NCBI GenBank assembly: GCA_045616265.1
Contig: JAZLGK010000211.1
Location: 5,056-69,055, forward strand
Source: Candidatus Limivicinus sp.
Lineage (GTDB): Bacteria > Bacillota > Clostridia > Oscillospirales > Oscillospiraceae
Direction of reading: 5' to 3'
Length of the DNA stretch: 64,000 bases
The stretch's first letter is position 1, and the number at the start of each line of letters is the position of its first letter. Positions 56,175-64,000 of the stretch are shown piece by piece. A model generated the notes under the pieces. It ran no database searches, was not told where the DNA came from, and saw only the letters and a list, made by a program, of their open reading frames with translations. A program made the translations under genes and the position numbers.

Positions 56175-57003
56175 TTTTAAAAAATGGGTCGAGGGCGAAA
56201 AAGAAGCCTTTGATTTTTCCGTTTCTCCGACTTCCGCTCCGACTCCTGCGGCAAAAAAGAAAAAAGATTTCAGCCTGAAAAGTGACAGGCTTATTACAAC
56301 AGTTTCCGTTGTTACCGCCGCTGTGCTGCTCCTTGTCATGCTCTCCGTCGTCTATACGCTCCCCCCCTTCGGAAGCGGTAACGCGACGGATAATGAGCTG
56401 ACCGAACGCTATGTTGAGCAGGGAATGAACGAGGTCGGCGCGCAGAATCTGGTAGCGAACATGATCCTTGTCTACCGGGGCTTTGATACCTTCGGTGAAT
56501 CTACGGTACTTTTCACGGCGGCCGTCTGCGTTATCATGCTGCTGATGGGCACGGCGGAAAAGCCGAAAAAGATCCTTCCCGAGCAGAATACCACGATTCT
56601 CAAAACCGTTGTGCGCGGTATTTTTCCCTTTATTCTGATTTTCGGTGTGTATATTCTTCTGAACGGTCATCTCTCTCCCGGCGGCGGCTTCTCCGGCGGT
56701 TCGATATTGGGAGCGGGGATCATATTGCTGGATGTCTCTCTCGGAACCGAGACCGTGCAGCGCTTTTTCAGCGGGAAGGTTTTCAATGCCGTGCGCGTGG
56801 GGGCGCTCTGCTTTTACGGCGCGGCAATCACGTGGCTTTCCGTCTGCGGTGCGAACGGGCTGGATAACCGCATCGGCACGGGTCTGCCCGGTCATCTTTT
56901 CTCCGCGGGACTGATCCTCCCCATCAACCTCGCTGTCGGCTGTGTCGTGGCCTGCACCATGTACGCATTTTTTACTTACTTTTACAGAGGCGAATTGAAG
57001 TGA
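56161..57003 (+). CDS. MnhB-domain membrane protein (MbhE/F-like)
   Basis: Contains the motif NLVANMILVYRGFDTFGESTVLF and multiple TM helices. Confidence 0.7.
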   Translation: MTWNNFKKWVEGEKEAFDFSVSPTSAPTPAAKKKKDFSLKSDRLITTVSVVTAAVLLLVMLSVVYTLPPFGSGNATDNELTERYVEQGMNEVGAQNLVANMILVYRGFDTFGESTVLFTAAVCVIMLLMGTAEKPKKILPEQNTTILKTVVRGIFPFILIFGVYILLNGHLSPGGGFSGGSILGAGIILLDVSLGTETVQRFFSGKVFNAVRVGALCFYGAAITWLSVCGANGLDNRIGTGLPGHLFSAGLILPINLAVGCVVACTMYAFFTYFYRGELK

Positions 57004-57386
57004 CTTTACTGAGTACCTGTTTTAACGATCTTTTTGAGACCGGCGCGGCGATCCTCTTTGTGATCGGCTTTCTCACACTGCTGCTGCATAAAAATCTCAT
57101 CAAAAAAATCATCGGCCTCGGCATTATGGACTCGGCGGTCTATCTCATGCTCACGTCCACCGGCTATGTATACGGCAAGGTCGATCCCATTGTGGAGGAT
57201 GTGACCGAACCGGCGTCTGCCCTTGTCTACGGAAATCCCGTACCCACCGGGCTTGTCCTTACGGGCATTGTGGTCTCCGTCAGCGTGACGGCATTTCTGC
57301 TCGCGCTCACGGTGCGCCTTTATAAAATTTACGGCACTTTGAATCTCGACGAGATTCTGGCTGCGGCAAAAAAGGGGGATAACTGA
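57000..57386 (+). CDS. mnhC: Mrp/Mnh antiporter subunit C (NuoK-like), GTG start
   Basis: 128 aa with three TM helices (IIGLGIMDSAVYLML). It overlaps its neighbours. Confidence 0.75.
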   Translation: MTLLSTCFNDLFETGAAILFVIGFLTLLLHKNLIKKIIGLGIMDSAVYLMLTSTGYVYGKVDPIVEDVTEPASALVYGNPVPTGLVLTGIVVSVSVTAFLLALTVRLYKIYGTLNLDEILAAAKKGDN

Positions 57387-58873
57387 TGCGCCCGATCGTT
57401 GAAAATGTCCCGGCGCTCAGTATCCTTTTCATGATGCTGACCGGGATCATCAGCGTTGTCCCGAAAAACAGAAATACTGCTTACCGATTGACGCTACTTT
57501 CTCTGCTCGTACTGTTCGCGGTCAATCTCTGTCTCTGCGTCTCCCTGTCCGACGGCCGCTCCTTTACCTATTCCATGGGAAACTGGGGCGCTCCCTGGGG
57601 CAATGAGCTTCGCGCCGGCCCTTTGGAGGCGCTGATGGCGTCGGTATTCGCGTTCACCATGCTCCTGTCCGTCCTCGGCGGGAGATACGATGCGGAGCAT
57701 GACATCCTTGAGAAAAAGCAGGGACTTTACTACATAATGCTTGACCTTCTCATGGCAAGCCTGTTAGCCCTTATCTATACCAACGACCTTTTCACCGGCT
57801 ATGTGTTTATCGAGATCAACACCATCACCGCCTGCGCCCTCGTCATGGCAAAGGAAGAAGGGCGAACCATCGCCGCAACGGTGCGCTATCTCATTATGAG
57901 TCTTGTGGGATCTTCCCTGTTTCTGATGAGTGTGGCTCTTCTCTACGGCATCACCGGGCATCTTCTGATGGAGAGCCTCGCCCCCGCCATTGCAAAAATC
58001 GCGGAGAGCGGGAATTATCTCTTCCCCTTGGCGGCGCTCAGCTGTATGATGGTCTGCGGTCTTTCCATCAAGAGTGCGCTGTACCCCTTCTCCTCATGGC
58101 TGCCCGATGCCCACGGAACGGCAACGACAACTTCCTCCGCCGTGCTCTCCGGACTTGTCATCAAGGGCTATATCATTCTGATGGTGAAAGTTTTCGTCCG
58201 CTGCTTCTCCTTAGAGCTTGTAAATAAGCTTGGTCTGACCGACATTCTCTTTGTCCTCGGCGTACTCGCCATGATCATGGGCTCTGTCAAAGCCATAAAA
58301 GAAACGCACCTCAAGCGCATGATCGCGTATTCCTCCGTTGCGCAGGTCGGTTATATCTTTATCGCTGTCGGTATGGGTACGCTCGGCGGAATTGCGGCGG
58401 CGCTCTTCCAGATCATCGCTCACGCGGTCACAAAGTCCCTCCTGTTCATCTGCGCCGGCGGCATGATCGACGCTTCCGATCACTGTAAGCAGTTAAACGA
58501 GCTGGACGGCGCCGCCCGCCGCGCACCGCTTTCCGGTGTAGGCTTCACGATCGGCGGTCTTGCCATGGTCGGTATTCCGCTTCTGGGATCGTTTGCCGCG
58601 AAAATTCTCATAGCGGAGGAAGCTGTTGGTCTCGGCTGGCGTATGACGGCGGCGTTAGCCGCGCTCGGCGTAAGCGCCGTGCTCAACGCCCTTTATTATC
58701 TGCCTGCCATCATCCGGCTGTGGCTGCCCGAAAAAAACAAGACCGAAAAGAGAGAAAACGGCGATCGGCGTATGGCTTTTGCCGTTGTTGTCCTGTCGCT
58801 GACGGCCATAGCCCTCGGCATATTCTATGAGCCGGTCGTGGAGCTTATCCGCCTCGGTACGGAACTGCTGTAA
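57386..58873 (+). CDS. Antiporter-like subunit (MrpD/NuoN family), paralogue 1
   Basis: About 14 TM helices with the PF00361-type core FSSWLPDAHGTATTTSSAVLSG...KRMIAYSSVAQVGY. Confidence 0.8.
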   Translation: MRPIVENVPALSILFMMLTGIISVVPKNRNTAYRLTLLSLLVLFAVNLCLCVSLSDGRSFTYSMGNWGAPWGNELRAGPLEALMASVFAFTMLLSVLGGRYDAEHDILEKKQGLYYIMLDLLMASLLALIYTNDLFTGYVFIEINTITACALVMAKEEGRTIAATVRYLIMSLVGSSLFLMSVALLYGITGHLLMESLAPAIAKIAESGNYLFPLAALSCMMVCGLSIKSALYPFSSWLPDAHGTATTTSSAVLSGLVIKGYIILMVKVFVRCFSLELVNKLGLTDILFVLGVLAMIMGSVKAIKETHLKRMIAYSSVAQVGYIFIAVGMGTLGGIAAALFQIIAHAVTKSLLFICAGGMIDASDHCKQLNELDGAARRAPLSGVGFTIGGLAMVGIPLLGSFAAKILIAEEAVGLGWRMTAALAALGVSAVLNALYYLPAIIRLWLPEKNKTEKRENGDRRMAFAVVVLSLTAIALGIFYEPVVELIRLGTELL

Positions 58874-58885
58874 GGAGGTAAGAAA

Positions 58886-60340
58886 ATGAAATTTGTTTAT
58901 CTTTCCGTTCTTCTTCTGCCGATCCTGTCGGCTGTCATTTTGAAAGCATTCAAAAAAAGAAAGCCGCTTGAAATCTTCTGCACGGCTTCGTTTTCTGCGG
59001 AAGTGCTGCTGTGCCTGCCGGTTTTTTTGAATCCTCCGGCACTGCTCCGGCTGTTTACCGTCGGCGGCCTTACATTTTCTCTGCGCCCCGACCGGCTGGG
59101 CACGACTTTTGCGCTGCTGTTTTCGGTGCTGTTTCTGCTGTCCGACATTTTTGCCGGAGAGTACCTCGCCCATGACAGCAAACCGACCGGGTTTTATGCC
59201 GCGTTTTTCCTGACGCTTGCCTCTCTTGTCGGACTGAGTCTTGCGGACAATATGCAGACCTATTATATGTTTTTTGAGTGCCTCACGCTCACAAGCTTCT
59301 CCCTGATATTGCACGACGGGCGGGAGGAGTCGAGAAAGGCCGCGATAAAATACCTTTGCTATTCGCTTTTAGGCGCGGCGCTGGTGCTGTTTGGAATGCT
59401 CGGGATCAGCGGGCTTTTCGGTAATCTCGATTTTGTAAGAGGCGGGCAGGCAGTGCCTGAGGGGAAGGAAAAGCTTGCCCTGACTCTGAGCTTTGTCACC
59501 GTTTTAGGCTTTGGCTGTAAGGCGGGCATGATGCCGGTACACGACTGGCTGCCCACCGCTCACCCGCAGGCGCCCGCTCCGGCCTCGGCAGTGCTGTCGG
59601 GCTGTGTCACCAAGGCGGGTGCGATCGGTATTCTCCGCGTGATCTACTATATTTTCGGCGAGGAACTGCTATCCGGCACATGGGTGCAGACAACGCTCAT
59701 TATCATGGCAGCGGTAACCATTTTCTGCGGCAGTATGCTGGCGTTTACGGAGAAAAACCTCAAAAAGCGTCTTGCCTATTCTACTGTTTCGCAGGTCAGC
59801 TATGCCCTGTTTGCCATGTTCCTCATGAGCGGCGCGGGAATGCGCTCGGGACTTGCCCAGCTCGTCTTCCACGCCGTCACCAAGGTCTGCCTCTTCCTCT
59901 GCTCGGGCGCTATGCTTACCGCCTTCGGGCACGAGAGAAAGCTTGTCTCCGACTATCAGGGCATGGGGAAAAAAGAGCCGATCCTGTTTGCTGTGTTTGC
60001 AATCGCCTCTCTCTCCCTCATTGGTATTCCGCCTTTCGCGGGCTTCACCGGGAAATGGGCGATCCTCTCCGCCGCCACAGAGCTGTCCTCTCCGGCGGTT
60101 ATGGCAGGAATTGCCGCTATGTGCGCCAGTGCACTTCTCACGGGATTGTATCTTTTAGATGTTATTATCTACGCCTTCTGGCCGTCGAAGGATGCCGTGC
60201 TGATCCCGGACGGCGAGATCGGCAAAAACGGCAGGGCGATAAATATATCCCTGATCGCGTTGGCGGTGCTCATCATCCTGTTGAGCGTATTTGCGGATAA
60301 AATACTTGCCCTTTTTGCAGCGGCGGCAGGGCTTATGTGA
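58886..60340 (+). CDS. Antiporter-like subunit (MrpD/NuoN family), paralogue 2
   Basis: Contains VHDWLPTAHPQAPAPASAVLSG and KRLAYSTVSQVSY. Confidence 0.8.
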   Translation: MKFVYLSVLLLPILSAVILKAFKKRKPLEIFCTASFSAEVLLCLPVFLNPPALLRLFTVGGLTFSLRPDRLGTTFALLFSVLFLLSDIFAGEYLAHDSKPTGFYAAFFLTLASLVGLSLADNMQTYYMFFECLTLTSFSLILHDGREESRKAAIKYLCYSLLGAALVLFGMLGISGLFGNLDFVRGGQAVPEGKEKLALTLSFVTVLGFGCKAGMMPVHDWLPTAHPQAPAPASAVLSGCVTKAGAIGILRVIYYIFGEELLSGTWVQTTLIIMAAVTIFCGSMLAFTEKNLKKRLAYSTVSQVSYALFAMFLMSGAGMRSGLAQLVFHAVTKVCLFLCSGAMLTAFGHERKLVSDYQGMGKKEPILFAVFAIASLSLIGIPPFAGFTGKWAILSAATELSSPAVMAGIAAMCASALLTGLYLLDVIIYAFWPSKDAVLIPDGEIGKNGRAINISLIALAVLIILLSVFADKILALFAAAAGLM

Positions 60341-60353
60341 GAGAGGCAAAGCT

Positions 60354-61814
60354 ATGAAATTCCTGTATCTTTCGGCGCTTATCCTTCCCATAATAAGTGC
60401 GGCGCTCTTTTTCACGGCTTTCGGAAGAAAGCACTGGAAAGTGCTCGGCTGCACAGCATCCGGTATGGAGCTGGTCTTGAGCATTGCAGCTGCCGTTCTG
60501 CCCAAAGAAGAGCTCGTGATCTTCTCCTTCGCGGGACTTCCCTTCACGATTGCCCCCGATACTCTGGGCTGTATTTTCTCCTGCGTTGTCGCGGCGATGT
60601 TCTTTTTCTCGGCGGTGTTTTCAACGGAATATCTTGCCCATGACGAAAACCCCACCGAATTTTCCGCGGTGTTTATACTGACTCTCGGTGCAATGCTCGG
60701 TCTGAGCTGGGCGAAGGATCTCCAGTGCTACTATATGTTCTTTGAGTTTCTGACCCTTGTGAGCTTTCCGCTGATATTGCACGAAAGACGCCCCGCCTCT
60801 ATTGCCGCGGCGAGGAAGTATCTGGGGTATTCCCTTATGGGCGCGGCGCTGGTACTCTTTTCCTTTGCTTATATCTTCAAGCTTTTCGGCACGACATCCT
60901 TTACGGAGGGCGGTCATGTTCTCCCGGAGGAGATGAAGAGTCTGGGCCTGATCACCGCGTTTATCGGCATCTTCGGCTTCGGCTGTAAGGCGGGTATGAT
61001 GCCTCTGCATGACTGGCTTCCCACCGCTCACCCGCAGGCTCCCGCCTCCGCGTCGGCTGTTCTGTCCGGCTGTGTCACAAAGGCCGGTGTATTGGGTATT
61101 CTCCGAATTCTTTACTACGTTTTCGGTGCATCCTCTCTGCGCGGCACATGGGTGCAGACGGCGCTGATCGCCGTTGCGCTCATTACCGTGTTCTGCGGCA
61201 GTATGCTCGCGTACAAAGAAAAAATACTCAAAAAGCGCCTTGCCTACTCTACCGTTTCGCAGGTCAGCTATGCGCTTTTCGGTCTGTTTCTTATGACGGA
61301 GGCGGGTTTTATCGGCGCGATACTGCAGGTCGTCTTCCACGCCGCGACCAAGACCTGTCTCTTCCTCTGCTCCGGCTCCGTCATTCACGGCACGGGCATA
61401 GAGCGTATTTATGCCGAGGACGGAAAATTCAACTACACGGGACTCGGCAAACGCATGGGATTGACGATGCTGGGTTTTACGCTTGCTTCTCTCTCCCTCG
61501 TGGGTCTGCCCCCCTTCGGCGGACTCGTGAGCAAATGGTATCTTGCCGTGGGCAGCTTTGACGCTTTGGGTTTTTCCGGCTGGATCGGCGCGGCGGTGCT
61601 GCTCGCAAGCGCTTTGATGACCGCCGGATATCTGCTTTCCGTAAGCTCCAAGGCGTTTTTCCCCACGCAGGAGGATCGCATCGTTGAAGCCCATGAAAGC
61701 GGTCCTGCCATGACCGTCCCGATCCTTGTGCTGGCTGTCATGATGGCGGTGCTGGGCATTTATAACTTCGGCCTCGGAGAGCTTCTTGCTTCCGTCGCCG
61801 CGAGACTTATGTGA
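60354..61814 (+). CDS. Antiporter-like subunit (MrpD/NuoN family), paralogue 3
   Basis: Contains LHDWLPTAHPQAPASASAVLSG and KRLAYSTVSQVSY. By eye it is roughly half identical to paralogue 2. ATG at 60354. Confidence 0.8.
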   Translation: MKFLYLSALILPIISAALFFTAFGRKHWKVLGCTASGMELVLSIAAAVLPKEELVIFSFAGLPFTIAPDTLGCIFSCVVAAMFFFSAVFSTEYLAHDENPTEFSAVFILTLGAMLGLSWAKDLQCYYMFFEFLTLVSFPLILHERRPASIAAARKYLGYSLMGAALVLFSFAYIFKLFGTTSFTEGGHVLPEEMKSLGLITAFIGIFGFGCKAGMMPLHDWLPTAHPQAPASASAVLSGCVTKAGVLGILRILYYVFGASSLRGTWVQTALIAVALITVFCGSMLAYKEKILKKRLAYSTVSQVSYALFGLFLMTEAGFIGAILQVVFHAATKTCLFLCSGSVIHGTGIERIYAEDGKFNYTGLGKRMGLTMLGFTLASLSLVGLPPFGGLVSKWYLAVGSFDALGFSGWIGAAVLLASALMTAGYLLSVSSKAFFPTQEDRIVEAHESGPAMTVPILVLAVMMAVLGIYNFGLGELLASVAARLM

Positions 61815-61828
61815 GGGGAGAAATAAAA

Positions 61829-63286
61829 ATGGAAAAAATTCTGTTTCTTCCGGTGCTTCTGCCCTTCCTCTGCGGTCTTTTCATGTTCATACGTCCGTTT
61901 GAACAGCGCAGAGCGCGCAATATCTACGTTTTCTCTGTCACCGCGCTCACCAGCATCCTTGTGTTTGCCCTTGTACTCAGCGGCGGAGATGGGACACAGC
62001 GGCTTCTGTGGCTGGACAGCGAGCTTTCTTTTGCTTTCCGCATGGACGGACTTTCCCGCGTCTTTGCGCTGATCGTGTCCATCCTCTGGCCGATAGCGGT
62101 GCTCTACTCCTTTGAATATATGTCTCTGGAAAAAGACGAAAACCGCTTTTTCGCCTTTTATACAATAACCTACGGCGTGGTCATGGGGATCGCCGAGGCG
62201 GAAAACTACTTTACACTTTACCTTTTCTATGAGCTTCTGACGCTTGCAACGCTCCCGCTCGTGATGCACGAGATGGACGGCAAAGCGCGCTTTGCCGGGA
62301 AACGTTATATACTCTACTCCATGTCCGGTGCGGCACTTTCGTTTATCGCCATGGTCATAGCCGCGAAAAACGGCTCATTAAGCTATACTCTCGGTGGAAC
62401 CGGAGATTTAAGCGGCAGACTTGCGCAGACGGTTTTCCTGCTGGGCTTCTTCGGCTTCGGCGTCAAGGCGGCGATTGTGCCTGGGCACGCATGGCTTCCG
62501 ACTGCCGGTGTCGCGCCCACCCCGGTCACGGCGCTTCTGCACGCGGTAGCGGTGGTCAATTCCGGTGTTTTCGCCGTACTGCGGCTTATTTATTACTTTG
62601 TCGGTGCTGACGTACTTTCCGGCACAGCCGCGCAGAAGATCGCCATGGGATTTGCCTGTGTTACCATTGTCTATGGCAGTTTGATGGCGCTTCGCAACCG
62701 CAATCTCAAGCGTCGTCTTGCCTATTCCACTGTCAGCAATCTGAGCTATATCCTCTTCGCCGCGACGCTCATGTGTCCCGCAGGGCTGGCCTCCGCGCTG
62801 ATGCACATGGCGGTGCACAGCGCGACGAAAATAATCCTCTTCTTCTGCGCGGGCGCTCTGCTCTGCGCTGCGCACCGCCAAAAGCGCAATATCGAGGATT
62901 ATGAGGGATGGGGGAAAAAGCTGCCGCTTCTGTTCGGCGTATTTGCCCTTGCTTCTCTCTCCCTGATCGGCATCCCCCCGATGGGCGGCTTTACCAGCAA
63001 ATGGATGATCGCCAAGGCGGCGGCGGAAATAGGAACGCCGATGGCATGGGTCGGCATTGCGACGCTGTGCGTCAGCGCGTTTCTCACGGGGCTATATCTT
63101 ATCGGCGTACTGATCCGCGCATTCTGGCCTACGGAAAAGACTGTTGTCACCCCCGACGGCGAGGTGCATAAAAACGGCTGGCAGATCAATGTAAGTCTTA
63201 TAATTCTGACCGTTTTGCTTATTTTAGTAAGTGCTTTCAATGAAGAAATATACGCCGCTTTCTGCGCCGTGGCAGGATTTGTTTGA
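61829..63286 (+). CDS. Antiporter-like subunit (MrpD/NuoN family), paralogue 4
   Basis: Contains GHAWLPTAGVAPTPVTALLHA and RRLAYSTVSNLSY. ATG at 61829. Confidence 0.8.
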   Translation: MEKILFLPVLLPFLCGLFMFIRPFEQRRARNIYVFSVTALTSILVFALVLSGGDGTQRLLWLDSELSFAFRMDGLSRVFALIVSILWPIAVLYSFEYMSLEKDENRFFAFYTITYGVVMGIAEAENYFTLYLFYELLTLATLPLVMHEMDGKARFAGKRYILYSMSGAALSFIAMVIAAKNGSLSYTLGGTGDLSGRLAQTVFLLGFFGFGVKAAIVPGHAWLPTAGVAPTPVTALLHAVAVVNSGVFAVLRLIYYFVGADVLSGTAAQKIAMGFACVTIVYGSLMALRNRNLKRRLAYSTVSNLSYILFAATLMCPAGLASALMHMAVHSATKIILFFCAGALLCAAHRQKRNIEDYEGWGKKLPLLFGVFALASLSLIGIPPMGGFTSKWMIAKAAAEIGTPMAWVGIATLCVSAFLTGLYLIGVLIRAFWPTEKTVVTPDGEVHKNGWQINVSLIILTVLLILVSAFNEEIYAAFCAVAGFV

Positions 63287-63302
63287 GAGGAGGGGAGAAG
63301 AA

Positions 63303-64000
63303 ATGGCATTATCCGGTATCATCATCACAATGCTCCTTCTGCCTATGCTCTCGGGGCTTGGGCTGTACTTTGCCGAGAAAACCGGAGGCGTAAAAGCCGT
63401 CAATGTCTTTGCGGTACTCCTTGCCGCTATCGAATGTGTTTTCTGTATTTTTCTCTGGCGGTACTCCGGGGAAAAAACGGAAATCCCTCTGCTTTTTGCC
63501 CTCGGACTGAATTTTCAGATCACGGGTTTCCAGCTCGTACTGATTTCTCTTGCCTCGTTCCTGTGGCTGATGACGACAGCTTTTTGCCCCTACTATTTCC
63601 ACGGTCACAGCGGGATCGGGCGTTATCAGCTATTCAGCTTCATCACCTGGGGCGCGATGGTGGGCGTTTTTCTGTCGGCGGACTTCGTGACGCTGCTGAT
63701 CTTCTTTGAGATCATGTCCGTTGCAAGCTGGGTCATGGTCATTCACGAGCAGACCCCCGGTGCGATCCGTGCGGCGGACAGTTATCTGGCGTTTGCCGTC
63801 ATCGGTGGTCTGGGCACGATGCTGGGGCTTTTCATACTCAACAATCTCACCGGGACGCTGAAATTTTCCGAGCTTGCGGAAATTGCTCCGAACATTGAGC
63901 ATAACGCAAAATACTATACCGCCGGGGTGTTTGTCCTGATCGGCTTTGCCACCAAGTGCGGTATGTGGCCGCTTCACACATGGCTCCCGGCGGCGCACCC
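63303..64000 (+). CDS. Antiporter-like subunit (MrpA/MrpD/NuoL family), paralogue 5, 3'-truncated by the window edge
   Basis: Hand translation from ATG 63303 gives MALSGIIITMLLLPMLSG...ATKCGMWPLHTWLPAAHP with no stop up to 64000. It is absent from the ORF track because it is open-ended. Confidence 0.7.
   Translation, partial: MALSGIIITMLLLPMLSGLGLYFAEKTGGVKAVNVFAVLLAAIECVFCIFLWRYSGEKTEIPLLFALGLNFQITGFQLVLISLASFLWLMTTAFCPYYFHGHSGIGRYQLFSFITWGAMVGVFLSADFVTLLIFFEIMSVASWVMVIHEQTPGAIRAADSYLAFAVIGGLGTMLGLFILNNLTGTLKFSELAEIAPNIEHNAKYYTAGVFVLIGFATKCGMWPLHTWLPAAH

Noticed and set aside
1-64000. I looked for rRNA, tRNA, tmRNA, CRISPR arrays, integrases/transposases, prophage modules and known riboswitch cores.
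   Set aside because: None were recognised by eye. All gaps longer than 100 bp are accounted for by promoters, terminators or the repeats listed. A tRNAscan/Rfam/ISfinder run would be needed to exclude small or degenerate examples.

Overview
This is a 64-kb chromosomal segment from a GC-rich Gram-positive anaerobe. The sortase pili, ROK/LacI sugar regulons, SpoVK-type AAA ATPase and Rrf2-IscS-IscU operon suggest Clostridia, but that taxon call is inference. About the first 28 kb is carbohydrate-uptake and catabolism loci. It holds the tail of a BMP-type ABC importer, RidA and ribokinase. It also holds a RhaS/T/P/Q-like ABC importer with L-rhamnose isomerase. Next is an unusual sugar island (11.0-22.5 kb) combining a ribose-type ABC importer, a deoxyhypusine-synthase-like protein, a PfkB kinase-HAD fusion, a ROK regulator, D-lyxose/mannose isomerase, a GmhA-like phosphoheptose isomerase, a ROK kinase and a LacI regulator. 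Glycerate 2-kinase and a third ribose-type ABC importer follow. From 28.3 to 34.6 kb lies a sortase-assembled pilus island: an orphan REC-SARP regulator, three pilin-like proteins with non-LPXTG sorting signals, a catalytically dead SipA-like signal-peptidase homologue and two sortases. Housekeeping and accessory genes follow: cls, a coupled CrtI-like flavoenzyme plus FNR/2Fe-2S reductase, psuG-trkH-trkA, DUF2461, a GT2, BI-1, iscR-like/iscS/iscU, a ParE-Phd type II TA, dnaE and a TerB-like/AAA ATPase. The window ends with a Mrp/Mbh-ordered cation/proton antiporter cluster carrying at least five tandem antiporter-like (PF00361-type) genes. The most interesting unannotated signal is a ~280-bp convergent module at 46076-46356. 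It pairs a 26-aa hydrophobic peptide, whose SD is sequestered in a hairpin, with an antisense RNA driven by a consensus promoter, so it is a candidate type I toxin-antitoxin. Several families of structured intergenic repeats or MITE-like elements are also present. I saw no rRNA, tRNA, CRISPR array, integrase or transposase. All family assignments come from motif recognition by eye, not from database searches.
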